Assembly (NCBI GenBank): GCA_963668175.1
Contig: OY764159.1
Span: 2,304,001-2,368,000 of the forward strand
Direction: 5' to 3'
Origin: Syntrophales bacterium
GTDB taxonomy: Bacteria; Desulfobacterota; Syntrophia; Syntrophales; PHBD01
DNA length: 64,000 nucleotides
The notes beneath the pieces are model-generated. The model had not been told where the DNA came from. It saw nothing but the letters and a program-made list of their open reading frames with translations, and did no database searches. Made by a program: the position numbers and the translations under genes. Shown here in pieces: positions 48,629 to 59,028 of this stretch (position 1 is the stretch's first letter; every line of letters begins with the position of its first letter).

Positions 48629-50296
48629 TCAGCGCACCTTCGTGAATTCATAGCGGCCGGCGGGGATTTCGATGCTCTGCCACACCATCTTGCTGCCGCT
48701 GATGGTGATTTTATAGGGCGAACGCTCTCCGTAATCCGTTCCCGCGAGTCCGCTTATCGAGAGGGTGTTCCCGGAAATCTTGTACTTGAAATTGAGTTTC
48801 ATGCTGTCCCTTTCCGCGAACCCGCCCGTCGTCCATACACCCGCGCCCCCGCTGAACGTCCATTGGTTCATCAGCGTCGCCGTGCCCATCTTCCAGACGC
48901 CGTCCACGCCGGTTACCGTGGCAGGCGCCGCTTCAACCGGTTTGGGGGTTGCGGGTTTCTTTTCCGCCTGGGCGATCTTCCTGTTGGGTACGGTTGCTTC
49001 CGTCTCCGCGTACAGCAGATCCGGCATTGCGGAGGAAGCTGTTACCTGAAGCTTCAGTTTGCAGGACGCATCCTTCGGCTCTATTTTCCACTCCCCGCCT
49101 TTCAGATTTCCCTTGGCGGGAAGGTTCCCCGCGGGTTGAACGGCGCTGTCGGCGCCGGCCAGGCTGCACCCGGAGACGGTAAGCTTCATTTTCACATTCT
49201 CGAACGCGGCGTTCGCACGGTTGGAAATATTCCCCGCCACATGGATGCCGTCCTCCTTCTCCTGCGTCACGATTTTCGGTTTCATGGCGGAGAAGGAGGC
49301 CCGCCACATCGTGTAAACGGCGCGGATGGCGTGATTCATGATGGGTTGCGGGTTATCGAAAAAATAGAGCAGCCTGGAGCGCGTCAGTGTGGCCGCCGCG
49401 ACGGCCAGGTGCGATGTCTCCTCCGCCTGGACGTCGACGGGTTTGTCGAAATCGCTGCGCCCGTTCTTCCAGGACGTTTCGTATCCGCTTAAGGTGTAGG
49501 GTCCGGGGTTGACGACGGTTTCCCAGGCGATGTGGCTTGACGTCTGGGTGACGAGCGGGGTCGTGCCGTTATAGTACCAGGGATCGAACCAGTCCTCCCC
49601 CCGCTCCAGGTAGCGGTCGATGTCGCTTCGGAAATTATGGCTGAGGGATTTGACGGGCGAGAGATAACTCATCTTGTCCGATCCCTTGATATCGTCGGTG
49701 ATGTAAACGGCGCCCTCGGACGTCGTTCCCTTATGTTTGGCGAGCTGGTCCTTGAGCAGCTTCTGGGCCGATGTCTTGTACATGCCCACGACGTGCATCG
49801 GGCAGTGCATATCGGCGAGAAAGTGGGCGCTCCAGGCGGCCGCCTGCGGAACAGGGGCCCTCTTGCCTTTGAGCATCCCTTCCGACAGGTAGCGGAAGTA
49901 CTTGCCGACGGCCATGGGGCCGTTGCCCTCCGTGGTGACGGGGTTGTAATAGTGCCAGGAAAACGGCGAATTTCCCTTGCTGTCCGGCCCAGGGCCTTCA
50001 AGGAGCGTGACGTCCGGCATCACGCCGTAGCCCGAGCCCGTATAATCGGCGCCGGCCCAGTTGACGCCCTCGTGGGCGAGGATTTCCTCCAGCTTGGGAA
50101 ACAAGTTCGGATCGAACGCCGCATCCGCCGTCAGAAGGCGGTATGCCTCCTTCAGGATATGCTGGTGTGTCTGTGCGGGAGAAAGAACGCCCCAGGATAA
50201 AGCACTGGGGGGTGCGCCGATGAAGGCCGATAACAGAATGACGACAATTGCGGAAACCAGATAGGGTTTTGTTCGTGTTCCCCGGCGGCTGCTCAT
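48629..50296 (-). CDS. secreted zinc-dependent phospholipase C / P1 nuclease-fold protein with extra C-terminal domains
   Basis: Mature N-terminal W, TH..I, HYYNP, HFLADMHCPMH, HIAWE. Confidence 0.75.
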   Translation of the reverse strand: MSSRRGTRTKPYLVSAIVVILLSAFIGAPPSALSWGVLSPAQTHQHILKEAYRLLTADAAFDPNLFPKLEEILAHEGVNWAGADYTGSGYGVMPDVTLLEGPGPDSKGNSPFSWHYYNPVTTEGNGPMAVGKYFRYLSEGMLKGKRAPVPQAAAWSAHFLADMHCPMHVVGMYKTSAQKLLKDQLAKHKGTTSEGAVYITDDIKGSDKMSYLSPVKSLSHNFRSDIDRYLERGEDWFDPWYYNGTTPLVTQTSSHIAWETVVNPGPYTLSGYETSWKNGRSDFDKPVDVQAEETSHLAVAAATLTRSRLLYFFDNPQPIMNHAIRAVYTMWRASFSAMKPKIVTQEKEDGIHVAGNISNRANAAFENVKMKLTVSGCSLAGADSAVQPAGNLPAKGNLKGGEWKIEPKDASCKLKLQVTASSAMPDLLYAETEATVPNRKIAQAEKKPATPKPVEAAPATVTGVDGVWKMGTATLMNQWTFSGGAGVWTTGGFAERDSMKLNFKYKISGNTLSISGLAGTDYGERSPYKITISGSKMVWQSIEIPAGRYEFTKVR

Positions 50297-50554
50297 ATCA
50301 TACCTCCTGTTGTGGATGTGATTGGTAACAGATAAAATCGTTTTCGGCAACATGAATCGGCGGCATCCGGACGATTGTCACGATTCTCCCCTGCTGTGAG
50401 GGGACGGAATGTCGTGACGGCGATCCCCTGTTATTTTGAGACATCTCGGGATGATCGGCGTCATCGTCCCTATTTCCGGAGAGCATGTATTGACAAAATC
50501 GGTCAAATCTGATTAAGAGCGTTTCACCGTAAAGGTTCCATACCTTTTAGAGTG

Positions 50555-50600
50555 GGCGATGGAGTTCGCCGTAACCGCCTTCGATGCTGATAACTCCTAC
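50555..50600 (+). ncRNA. fluoride (crcB) riboswitch
   Basis: GGCGATGGAGTTCGCC-gtAACCGC-cttcgat-GCTGATAACTCCTAC matches the consensus, including the GGAGTT/AACTCC pseudoknot; 25 nt upstream of the start codon. Confidence 0.92.
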
Positions 50601-50625
50601 CAAATTCACGATAAGGAGTTATCGC

Positions 50626-51828
50626 ATGGAAGCCATCTATCTCGTGGCGGCGTTCTGGTTTCTCGCCGCCGTCCTTTCGACCGTCCTGGCCAACCGCCTG
50701 AAAATCTCGATCGCCCTGATGGAAATCATGGTCGGCTCCGTCATCGGCTGCGCTGCCTTCCGGCTCGGCTTTCTCGACAAACTCGCCCTGAACGCCGACT
50801 GGATGAAGTTCTGCACGGGTCTCGGCGCCATGCTGCTCACCTTTCTTGCGGGCGCGGAGCTGAACCCCGACGTCATGAAAGCCAAGATCAGGGAGGTGTC
50901 CGCAATCGGGCTGATCGGATTCTTCGCGCCGTTCATCGGCTGCTTTCTCGTTTCGTTCTACCTCGTCGGCTGGGGGATGGAGGCGAGTCTCCTGTGCGGC
51001 ATTGCGCTCTCCACCACGTCCATGGCCGTCGTCTACGCGGTCATGCTCGAATACGGATTCAACAAGACCGATTTCGGCAAAGGGATTCTGGGCGCCTGTT
51101 TTGTGAACGACCTGGGAACCGTCATCGCCCTGGGCCTCATCTTCGCCCCGTTCACGTATAGGTCCGTCGTCTTCATTGCCGCGACGGTCCTGATGATTTT
51201 TCTCCTGCAGCCAATGACGGCCTTCGTCATCCGCCGCTTCGCCCACAAGACCGCCGCCATCCGCGCGAAGTGGGTCATCTTCGTCCTGATGTCGGCGGGC
51301 GTGCTGGCCCTGTGGTCCGGCAGCGAACCGGTGCTGCCGGCCTACGTATTCGGAATGGTCCTGGCAAGAACGATGGAAGAAGACGGCCATTTCGTCCGGA
51401 GGCTCCGGACCTTGACCGTGGGCTTTCTGACCCCGCTCTATTTTCTCAGGGCGGGCGCGCTGGTGTCCATTCCCGCTTTGGCCGCTTCGCCCGTCGTCTT
51501 TCTTCTGCTCTTCGGCGGGAAAGTCGCATCGAAGATATGCGGACTCTATCCGGCCATCCGTAATTTCCGGGACGACAAGAAGGAGAAATGGTATTACACG
51601 CTGCTCATGTCCACCGGGCTCACGTTCGGAACCATATCCGCGCTGTACGGTTTGACGAACCGCATCATCACGCAGGAGCAGTATTCCTTTGTCGTCGGGG
51701 CGGTCATCGCCAGCGCCGTGATTCCGACCCTCATCGCCAACAGATTTTTCCTTCCCGGCCATCTGCTGCAACAGCCGGTTCTGGACGATCAGGCGCCCGA
51801 CGAAAAGGATATCGTGAACAGATTGTAA
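50626..51828 (+). CDS. cation:proton antiporter (CPA/Na_H exchanger family)
   Basis: LTFLAGAEL, ALSTTSMAVV, CFVNDL, MSTGLTFG; about 12 TM; RBS AAGGAG. Confidence 0.9.
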   Translation: MEAIYLVAAFWFLAAVLSTVLANRLKISIALMEIMVGSVIGCAAFRLGFLDKLALNADWMKFCTGLGAMLLTFLAGAELNPDVMKAKIREVSAIGLIGFFAPFIGCFLVSFYLVGWGMEASLLCGIALSTTSMAVVYAVMLEYGFNKTDFGKGILGACFVNDLGTVIALGLIFAPFTYRSVVFIAATVLMIFLLQPMTAFVIRRFAHKTAAIRAKWVIFVLMSAGVLALWSGSEPVLPAYVFGMVLARTMEEDGHFVRRLRTLTVGFLTPLYFLRAGALVSIPALAASPVVFLLLFGGKVASKICGLYPAIRNFRDDKKEKWYYTLLMSTGLTFGTISALYGLTNRIITQEQYSFVVGAVIASAVIPTLIANRFFLPGHLLQQPVLDDQAPDEKDIVNRL

Positions 51829-52062
51829 TATGGCATTTGATCGACGCGGTTCATGACGTTCGCGCCCCATCGGCCTTTCAGGTCAAAACGGCGCATGCTC
51901 ATGAAACTTATCCTGCGCCCGAACTTATGAAGCAATCGGCGGATGTGTCGAAACGTAATGAAAGGTGTCTGAAACAGTCTTTTCTCTACGGGAATGACGC
52001 CGTGCGGCGGCCTTTCGGGGGCGGGTGCGCGAAATACCGTCGCACCGGAAGCGCTTGGTGCG

Positions 52063-52875
52063 CTATGCTTCGTCGATCCGCGCGTGCGCCGCTTCGTCCT
52101 TCTGGTAGCGCATCTGCTCCTCCATGACCATCTGCGCGAGCTTCTTCTGTATCTCGATGAACTCTCCCGATACGATGTCGCGGGGGCGGGGCAGGTCGAT
52201 CGTCACGACCTCCTTGATCGTGCCGGGGCGGAACGTCATGACGGCGATCCGGTCGGCAAGGTAGATCGACTCCTCGATGCTGTGGGTGACGAAGACGATG
52301 GTCTTCCTGAATTCCATCCAGATGCGGAGCAGCTCTTCCTGGAGGGCGCGGCGGGTGAGGGCGTCGAGGGCGCCGAACGGCTCGTCCATGAGGAGGATCG
52401 GCGAGTCGAGGGCCAGGGCCCTGGCGATGGCGACGCGCTGACGCATGCCGCCGGAGAGGTCTTTCGGGAAGCGGTCGCCGAATTCCGTGAGCTGCAGCTT
52501 GGCGAGGAGGGCCGCTACTTTGTCGCGGATCTCGTTCTTCGGGACTTTCTTGATTTCCAGGCCGAAGGAGATGTTGGCAGCCACCGTCATCCACGGGAAG
52601 AGGGCGTACTCCTGGAAGACCATGGCCCGGTCGGGGCCCGGCACGGCAACCTCCGCGCCGTTGGCGATCACCCGGCCGCTCGTCGGCAGTGAAAAACCGG
52701 CGATGGCGTTGAGGAGCGTCGATTTGCCGCAGCCCGAGGGGCCGAGGAGGCAGACAAACTCGCCTTCCGAAATCGTGAGGTTGATGTCCCTGAGGGCGAC
52801 GACTTCATTCTCGCCTGCGCCGAAAATCTTGTTGACGCCTTCAATGCAAAGCTGGGTGCGGCAGGTTTCGTTCAT
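52063..52875 (-). CDS. ABC transporter ATP-binding protein (TauB/NrtD-like)
   Basis: GPSGCGKST, LSGGMRQR, MDEPFGALD, VTH. Confidence 0.95.
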   Translation of the reverse strand: MNETCRTQLCIEGVNKIFGAGENEVVALRDINLTISEGEFVCLLGPSGCGKSTLLNAIAGFSLPTSGRVIANGAEVAVPGPDRAMVFQEYALFPWMTVAANISFGLEIKKVPKNEIRDKVAALLAKLQLTEFGDRFPKDLSGGMRQRVAIARALALDSPILLMDEPFGALDALTRRALQEELLRIWMEFRKTIVFVTHSIEESIYLADRIAVMTFRPGTIKEVVTIDLPRPRDIVSGEFIEIQKKLAQMVMEEQMRYQKDEAAHARIDEA

Positions 52876-52881
52876 GGCGCC

Positions 52882-53730
52882 TCAATGCTCCAGGCCGCGG
52901 TGCCAGCGCAGGAGATAGCGGTTGATGCGGTCCATGCCGGTGTCGATGGCGAGACCCAGAAGGCCGATGGTGATCATGCCGGCGATGATCTTGTCGGACC
53001 ACATGAATTCTCGGGCCTCCAGGATGCGGAAGCCGAGGCCGTTGTTGACGGCGATCATCTCCGCCACGATGACGACGATGAAGGCGACGCCGAAGCCCAC
53101 GCGCAGGCCCGTTAAAATATGGGGCGTGGCGGCGGGCAGGATGACCCGGAGAAAGAGCGTTGCCCCGCTTGCCCCGAGGTTGCGGGCTGCGCGGATGTAG
53201 ATCATGTCCACGTTGCGGACGCCGGAAATCGTGTTCATCAGGACCGGGAAAAAAGCCCCGAGGCTGATCAGGAAGAAGGCCGGCGGGTTGCCGAGGCCGA
53301 ACCAGAGGATGGCGAGTGGGATGTAGGCGATGGGGGGGATGGGCCTCAAGAGCTGGATCAGGGGATTCATGAGCCCGTAGATCCGCTGGCTTCCGCCCAT
53401 CAGAAGCCCCAAAGGCAGGGCCAGGCCCGCGCCGATGGCGAAGCCGCCGAGCACCCTGAAGACGCTGGCCAGCGCGTCGGTGGGGAGTTCGCCCGAGAAG
53501 AACCAGGCGATGTAGCTCGTGCCTGCGGGGTCGTACGGCTCAAGGGGCTGCAGGTATTCGATCCACTTCCAAAGGACCTGCGACGGCGCCGGCAGGACCT
53601 GGGGGTTGATGACGCCGCCCCTTGTCAGGGCCTCCCAGATAATAAGGACCACGATCGGTACGATGCTTCCGTGCAGGGTCCGTTTGAGAACCGACTTCCA
53701 TCTGTTCGAGAGGCTGTCTTTGTCCGTCAC
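52882..53730 (-). CDS. ABC transporter permease (TauC/SsuC-like)
   Basis: RPIPPIAYIP, AARNLGA, IVAEM. Confidence 0.93.
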   Translation of the reverse strand: MTDKDSLSNRWKSVLKRTLHGSIVPIVVLIIWEALTRGGVINPQVLPAPSQVLWKWIEYLQPLEPYDPAGTSYIAWFFSGELPTDALASVFRVLGGFAIGAGLALPLGLLMGGSQRIYGLMNPLIQLLRPIPPIAYIPLAILWFGLGNPPAFFLISLGAFFPVLMNTISGVRNVDMIYIRAARNLGASGATLFLRVILPAATPHILTGLRVGFGVAFIVVIVAEMIAVNNGLGFRILEAREFMWSDKIIAGMITIGLLGLAIDTGMDRINRYLLRWHRGLEH

Positions 53731-54695
53731 TTTATCTTTAACGACTTCTTCGCGTTGTTCAGCAGATCCAGTTTGACGTAATCTTTCGCCGCCGGCGGTT
53801 TCGCAAGCTTGCCGATGCCGTATTTGACCATCATGTCGGTGGAAACCTGGACCTCCTTCACCGTAACGTTATAGGTGAAGGGCGAGTTTTCCATGGCGAA
53901 TTTGTAGTCCTGGGAGCTGAGCTGATTCTTGAACATCTTTTCCCGTACGTACTTCTCGGCGAGGGCCGGGTTGTCGATGAACAGCTTGGTCGCCTCGACG
54001 AAGCATTGCAGGAAGCGCTGGGCGACGTCCCGTTTCTTGTTGTACATTTCCTCGGTTATGATCAGGGTCCGCACCGGCTCGCCGATGGGCGTGTCGTAGG
54101 GCTTGTTGATCTCCACGCCGAATCCCTTGCTGATCGCCTGCGAAGACTGGGGTTCCGACTGGCACATGGCGTCGATGTCCTTGGCGAGCAGCGCCTGGTT
54201 CAGGTCGGCATAGGCCATGTAGACGAGCTGGACGTCCTTGCCCGGCTTGTCGGCGTAGGTCAGATTGTGTTTGCCCAGCTCCGCGAGGAGCACGAGTTCC
54301 TGGGCGCCGCCGCGGGCCACGCCGACCTTCTTGCCTTTCAGGTCGGCTACCGATTTCCATTTCATGTCGGGCCGTCCGACGATCCGGGCGCCGCCTTTCG
54401 CGAAACCGGCCACGATATAGACCGGCACGCCGCTGGCCCGGGCCGCTATGGCGCCGTCCACGGCGCTAGCCGCCGCGTCGATCTCGCCGGCCACGATGGC
54501 GGGGATGATGTCGATGCCTTTGGGAAAGATCTTTTCCTCGATTTTTAAATTATATTTCGGGGCGATCTCCTTCATGTACCAGATCGCGCCGTAATGGGCG
54601 AACTTCAGGTTTCCCAGACGGACGACGTCGGCGGCCATGGCGGACGAACAACCGAAAGCGAACAGCAGGAAAATCGTGAATACGGTCTTTTTCAT
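53727..54695 (-). CDS. ABC transporter substrate-binding protein (NMT1/SsuA-like)
   Basis: Signal peptide; DLKGKKVGV, DAM..SEP; start re-called at MKKTVFT after AGGAG. Confidence 0.9.
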   Translation of the reverse strand: MKKTVFTIFLLFAFGCSSAMAADVVRLGNLKFAHYGAIWYMKEIAPKYNLKIEEKIFPKGIDIIPAIVAGEIDAAASAVDGAIAARASGVPVYIVAGFAKGGARIVGRPDMKWKSVADLKGKKVGVARGGAQELVLLAELGKHNLTYADKPGKDVQLVYMAYADLNQALLAKDIDAMCQSEPQSSQAISKGFGVEINKPYDTPIGEPVRTLIITEEMYNKKRDVAQRFLQCFVEATKLFIDNPALAEKYVREKMFKNQLSSQDYKFAMENSPFTYNVTVKEVQVSTDMMVKYGIGKLAKPPAAKDYVKLDLLNNAKKSLKIK

Positions 54696-55080
54696 AGGTA
54701 TCGCTCCTGACGATTGGCGGAATCCTTGTTTACGGGCGGCGGGGTTTCGAATATCCGGCGGCCGCATCCGGGGCGGCAAACGTCCCGGCCGGTACGGTCC
54801 CCGGCTTCCGCTTCCGGCCGCACGCGGCGTTCCCCGGGCGCATGGGCGCACCGGGACTTCCCTGTGCTGATGATGATCAGAATATTGCTTTTGTACAGGG
54901 CCAGTAACACAGACCGGGCTGTAAGTCAATGGGAAACCGGGAAAAATGGGCGGAGAAAAACAAAAGGGAAACCGATCCGTTATCGGAGCGAAGGGGTCTG
55001 TCTGCGGTGACGTGCTTTGTGCAAGGCGTCCCGCCGTCCCGATCCGGCAGCAGCGGCGTGTCCGACGGAAGATGCACGCG

Positions 55081-55608
55081 TCACAACGCCATCATCGCCT
55101 CCATCCTTTTGGCGAGATACGGGCTGGATTCCGCCAGCGCGCTGTGGATCGCGGCGGCCTCCTGCCGGTACGATTCGATCCTCTGCCGGTTCCAGTGGGA
55201 CGGGAAGGGCAGGTGCAGGTTGGTGATCCGGTCGGCCATCTTGACCATCCAGACTTCCCGGGGCTGGGTCCGGATGCGCCGAAGGCTGTCCGCCATCCGG
55301 TCCTCCTTCGCCAGCTTCTCGTCCTTGCTCAGGGCCGACACGCCGTCGGCGACCTGCTGCCCGAACGTTTCGCGAACCTCGCCGTAAGTCGTGGCCGTAT
55401 CCTCGATGACGTCATGAAGCAGGGCGCACTGGAGGGCCAGTTCCGCGTCGTGGTCGTTTTCGTATTGAAGGGCCGCAATGACCTCCATCGTCACAAGCGT
55501 TACGTGCACGATATACGGCAGTTCCGTGCCGGGCAGAAACTGCCCGTTATGCACGGCGGCGGCGAACCGGTAGGCCTTCGTATACGTGTCCTGACGCCAG
55601 ATGGTCAT
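55081..55608 (-). CDS. HD domain protein (Mesh1/small alarmone hydrolase-like)
   Basis: AA.VH.GQ, PYIVH, LLHDVIEDT, VKMADRITNL. Confidence 0.85.
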   Translation of the reverse strand: MTIWRQDTYTKAYRFAAAVHNGQFLPGTELPYIVHVTLVTMEVIAALQYENDHDAELALQCALLHDVIEDTATTYGEVRETFGQQVADGVSALSKDEKLAKEDRMADSLRRIRTQPREVWMVKMADRITNLHLPFPSHWNRQRIESYRQEAAAIHSALAESSPYLAKRMEAMMAL

Positions 55609-55712
55609 TGCGTTTTCCTTTCATGAATCGCGGCTGCGGTATCGCGTAAAGAGGCGGGGAAACTTTCTCGCGCACCGTTATCCCGTCCCGGACCGGGTCC
55701 CGGTGCGGTTCT

Positions 55713-57080
55713 TTACCGGGGCGGCGGCGCGGCCGATCCGGTAAGCTTTCGGGCGAGATCCGGCATGCTTGAGAGGAATTCCTCTTCATGCCCGGCGGCG
55801 CACCTGAGGGAACCGAGGCCCAGGGTGCCCATCGTCCGGATGTCCGTGCGCTTCGCCTGGAGGATGTAGGAATTGCCCAGCACGGCGAGCCTTCCCGTGA
55901 CGGACTCGTTCGCCGCGAGCCATTTGCCGAGCTGCACGGCCTGCTTTTCGTCGGTAAGCCCAGATTGCTGGAGCTTCATTTCCCCGAGCACCTTCACCAT
56001 GTCCTCGCGGTTGACCAGGCTGAACCGGCCGAGGATGAAAAGCTCTTCCCGGAGGGCCTCGGCGAGAATGAGGGAGACGACCTGGAGCCGCTCGGCGGCA
56101 TCGAAATCGTGGACGACCAGCCTGGCCTTGCCTTTCGCGGATTCCGCCTGCGGGTCCTCTTCGAGCATCTTCTCGAAATCCCGGCGTTTGACCTCGTCCG
56201 TCCGTTCGGGCGGCGGGGATGTCTTTACAGCGTCTTTAGGCAGCTCCGGCGCGCTCTTCTGCGGAGGCGGTTCTTTAGGTATGGAAGCGACTTCTTTCTC
56301 CATCGCCCGCTGTTTCTTCACATCCGCAGCCGTTGGGGGAGGCGGAGGCATGGGTGTCTTTGCCGTCTCTTGAGGCCGATCCGCCGGAGTCTTCTGCGGG
56401 GGCGGCTCTTTGGGTACGGAGGCGCTCTCTTTTGCCTTCGCCTTCGGTTTTGTTACGTCCGCATCCGAGATGAGCCCGGCCTTGCGCACCGCCGTAGCCA
56501 GGATATCTCCCTTTGCGTCGTAGAAGATCTTGCGGTAGCAGGTTTGAGCGATGGCCATGGAGGTATCCCTTGCGGTCTGGGCGTCGGCGAGGAGCGGCTT
56601 CGACATGAAGCCCGAAGCCTCGTATTGCACTCCCGTCCCGATATTGACGAACACCATCCTGGGGACATAATTGTTCGCTACGAACCTTCTTTCGTAAATC
56701 ATGGCGTAGTCGGCGTGCAGGAGCCCTCCGACCTGCTTGAGGAGGGCCATGTCGCCGCCGAACCACCGCCATCCGGGAATGTCCTCTCGGCCGACGACGG
56801 CCTCCACATCGGCCTCCGGCACGATCTCGTAAACGCCGATGTCCTCCATGAATTTACGGACGCCGCGAACCGCATTGGCCTTGAATTGATCGTGGGGCAC
56901 TGCCCAGGCCCGGCCGTGCGCGGTATTCCCCGTCACGGGCATGACAAAGACGCGCACCTTGGCGGAAGCGGGCGGCGGCGGAATCGTGCCAAAATGCGCC
57001 GCGCAGGCGTTCAGGCAGAGAGCAATGAAAATGAAAAAAGGGACAATGGCCGTCGGAGACGCAATGCGATATGTTTTCAT
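55713..57080 (-). CDS. lipoprotein with Pro-rich linker and CsgG/FlgO-like C-terminal domain
   Basis: LNAC lipobox; duplicated ASxPKEPPPQK; FSLVNRE...EMKLQQSG...AVQLGK. Confidence 0.7.
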   Translation of the reverse strand: MKTYRIASPTAIVPFFIFIALCLNACAAHFGTIPPPPASAKVRVFVMPVTGNTAHGRAWAVPHDQFKANAVRGVRKFMEDIGVYEIVPEADVEAVVGREDIPGWRWFGGDMALLKQVGGLLHADYAMIYERRFVANNYVPRMVFVNIGTGVQYEASGFMSKPLLADAQTARDTSMAIAQTCYRKIFYDAKGDILATAVRKAGLISDADVTKPKAKAKESASVPKEPPPQKTPADRPQETAKTPMPPPPPTAADVKKQRAMEKEVASIPKEPPPQKSAPELPKDAVKTSPPPERTDEVKRRDFEKMLEEDPQAESAKGKARLVVHDFDAAERLQVVSLILAEALREELFILGRFSLVNREDMVKVLGEMKLQQSGLTDEKQAVQLGKWLAANESVTGRLAVLGNSYILQAKRTDIRTMGTLGLGSLRCAAGHEEEFLSSMPDLARKLTGSAAPPPR

Positions 57081-57422
57081 ACATGACCCTTTAAGAAGAG
57101 ATATGGATGCAAACAAAACAGCCGAGACCGCGAATGGTTGATTTCAGGTTATCCATATCACGTCCGCGTTATCTTTTCATCAACAGAATTCAAGAACACG
57201 AAGCACGATAAATATTTAACTTTACGTTCATTGCATTACCGGCGATGAACGTCCCTTCGGGCACGTCATCGGCGATTGCGCCGGAACGTTACACTTGCCG
57301 GATACGGAAAGAAGATCGTTGCGAATGACTCGGATGTGCCGCATTGATTCGTCCCAGGCCGCTTTCTCTTTCGAAGGAACCCTTGCGAACCGGCGGCGGG
57401 AGGGAGCGGCCGCCTTTCTTCG

Positions 57423-57884
57423 TCATACCCCGTCGTCTGCTTCGGATTTGCCTCCCGCCGTTTCGTCGCTCGGGCTGTAGCGGACGGCGAGGCTCCGGAT
57501 GATGCCGAGGCAGAGCAGGAGGAATCCGAAAGCGGCGATCGTTTCCCAGGGCATGTTTTCATGACCGTAAAGCTTCACGATCAGTTCGCGGATGACGAAG
57601 ACGATGGCCGGGTCGATCATCGTGTTGAGGCGGAACCGGTGCGTCTCGAAGTAGACGACGAATCCGCGGAACAGTTCGATGATGACGAGGAACGACAGGA
57701 TATTGATCACAATGACGTTGAGGGACTGGCCGATCGATTTGGCGACGAAGTAATCCTTGATCTCCCAGATGGTCTGAAACAGCCCGGCCATCAGGACGAC
57801 GATGATGAAGAGCGTAAGGACGACGACGATGATTTTGATGGAGAAATTGAACACCTCGAACATGGTTGGAATCTTCATTTTCAT
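57423..57884 (-). CDS. PsiE family membrane protein
   Basis: IIELFRGFVVYF, IVFVIRELI; four TM. Confidence 0.8.
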   Translation of the reverse strand: MKMKIPTMFEVFNFSIKIIVVVLTLFIIVVLMAGLFQTIWEIKDYFVAKSIGQSLNVIVINILSFLVIIELFRGFVVYFETHRFRLNTMIDPAIVFVIRELIVKLYGHENMPWETIAAFGFLLLCLGIIRSLAVRYSPSDETAGGKSEADDGV

Positions 57885-58277
57885 AAATCCACCCTTCCTT
57901 CAATCAAGATTCCCCTCATTGAACCCGGCGGCAACGCCTCTCGACGGGAGAGGCCGGATTTGGCCGGTCCGAATATTTCGCGGGACCGGGTTATGCGCTG
58001 CGCCGAAAGAGCATGTGCGCCGTACCGATCGTCGGCGCCGCCGGCGGACAGGAAACCGCTCTCAAACACCATGAGTATAGGGGGACGCCGTTCGGCCTGT
58101 CAAGGGGAATGTACGGCCGGCCGCTGTTGCGGCGCGGGTTATTGCGCCGGCTTTAGAGGAGGGGCTGGCGGAGGGTCGGCGGGCGGCCTTGTCTTCCGCA
58201 CCGGGCGTATGTCGGCGGATTGCCCACGGCTGCTTGCGGGAGCGTCATGAGCGCTTTGCCTACCAGTTCCCTCCCGT

Positions 58278-58997
58278 TTATCTGAAACGGAACATGAAAT
58301 AGTCGGAATCGAAGGACCCGGCATCGTGAATATGCTTCAGGAAAAAGAAAAAAGACCCTGTCGCTTTGGAGGAATGAATCTCGCGGGCTTCGGGATATGC
58401 ATCCAACGCATTCATGAATCTCCCCTCAGCATAACCGGGCCAGGTTGTCTCGCTCGGGAATAACCTTGTCTGGAGCGTTGAGGCGGTCTCATAGAAATCC
58501 CTGTCCGCCTTGGCGATCAGCATACATTTTTTTAAATCGAACAGCATGATCTCACAGCGGACCTTCGTCGTCGTCGAAGATTCGTAAGTCTTGTCTTTCA
58601 AAGAATCGGGTCGCCCCGCGAGCGTCCTTTCCTCCCAGTTCTGCACTTTACGGGAACCTTTGGAAATGATTGGACCGTGTTCATAGGTTGCCATGACGTA
58701 TTCGATGTTCGGGTATTTATTTTTCAGGGCGTCGCAATTCAGGATATCCTGCCTGTCGAACGTCAATATCGTATCGGCAGACAGGTCATGGAAGCGAAGC
58801 GGCGTCCCTGCGAATGTCAGCAAATCCTCCGTCATCACCGCCTTGAGACCTTTTATCTGGGGGTTGTGCATGGAAATGCCGATATCGGGCGCCTGCACAA
58901 GATTTGTCCTGTCGAAGGAAACACTGGCCTTGTACGAATAGGAAGTGGTGCAGCCGGCGAGGAACAGCAAAAATATGAGCAGGGTCGTTTTCTTCAT
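58278..58997 (-). CDS. hypothetical lipoprotein
   Basis: MKKTTLLIFLLFLAGC lipobox; RBS GGAGG. Confidence 0.75.
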   Translation of the reverse strand: MKKTTLLIFLLFLAGCTTSYSYKASVSFDRTNLVQAPDIGISMHNPQIKGLKAVMTEDLLTFAGTPLRFHDLSADTILTFDRQDILNCDALKNKYPNIEYVMATYEHGPIISKGSRKVQNWEERTLAGRPDSLKDKTYESSTTTKVRCEIMLFDLKKCMLIAKADRDFYETASTLQTRLFPSETTWPGYAEGRFMNALDAYPEAREIHSSKATGSFFFFLKHIHDAGSFDSDYFMFRFR

Positions 58998-59028
58998 GTT
59001 GTATCCTCCAGGGATGCGGCCGCCCATG

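Noticed and set aside
54696..54900. Guanidine or other riboswitch upstream of the ABC binding protein
   Set aside because: GC-rich and foldable, but lacks the ykkC 3' motif, ACGR twin hairpins or a convincing guanidine-III core.
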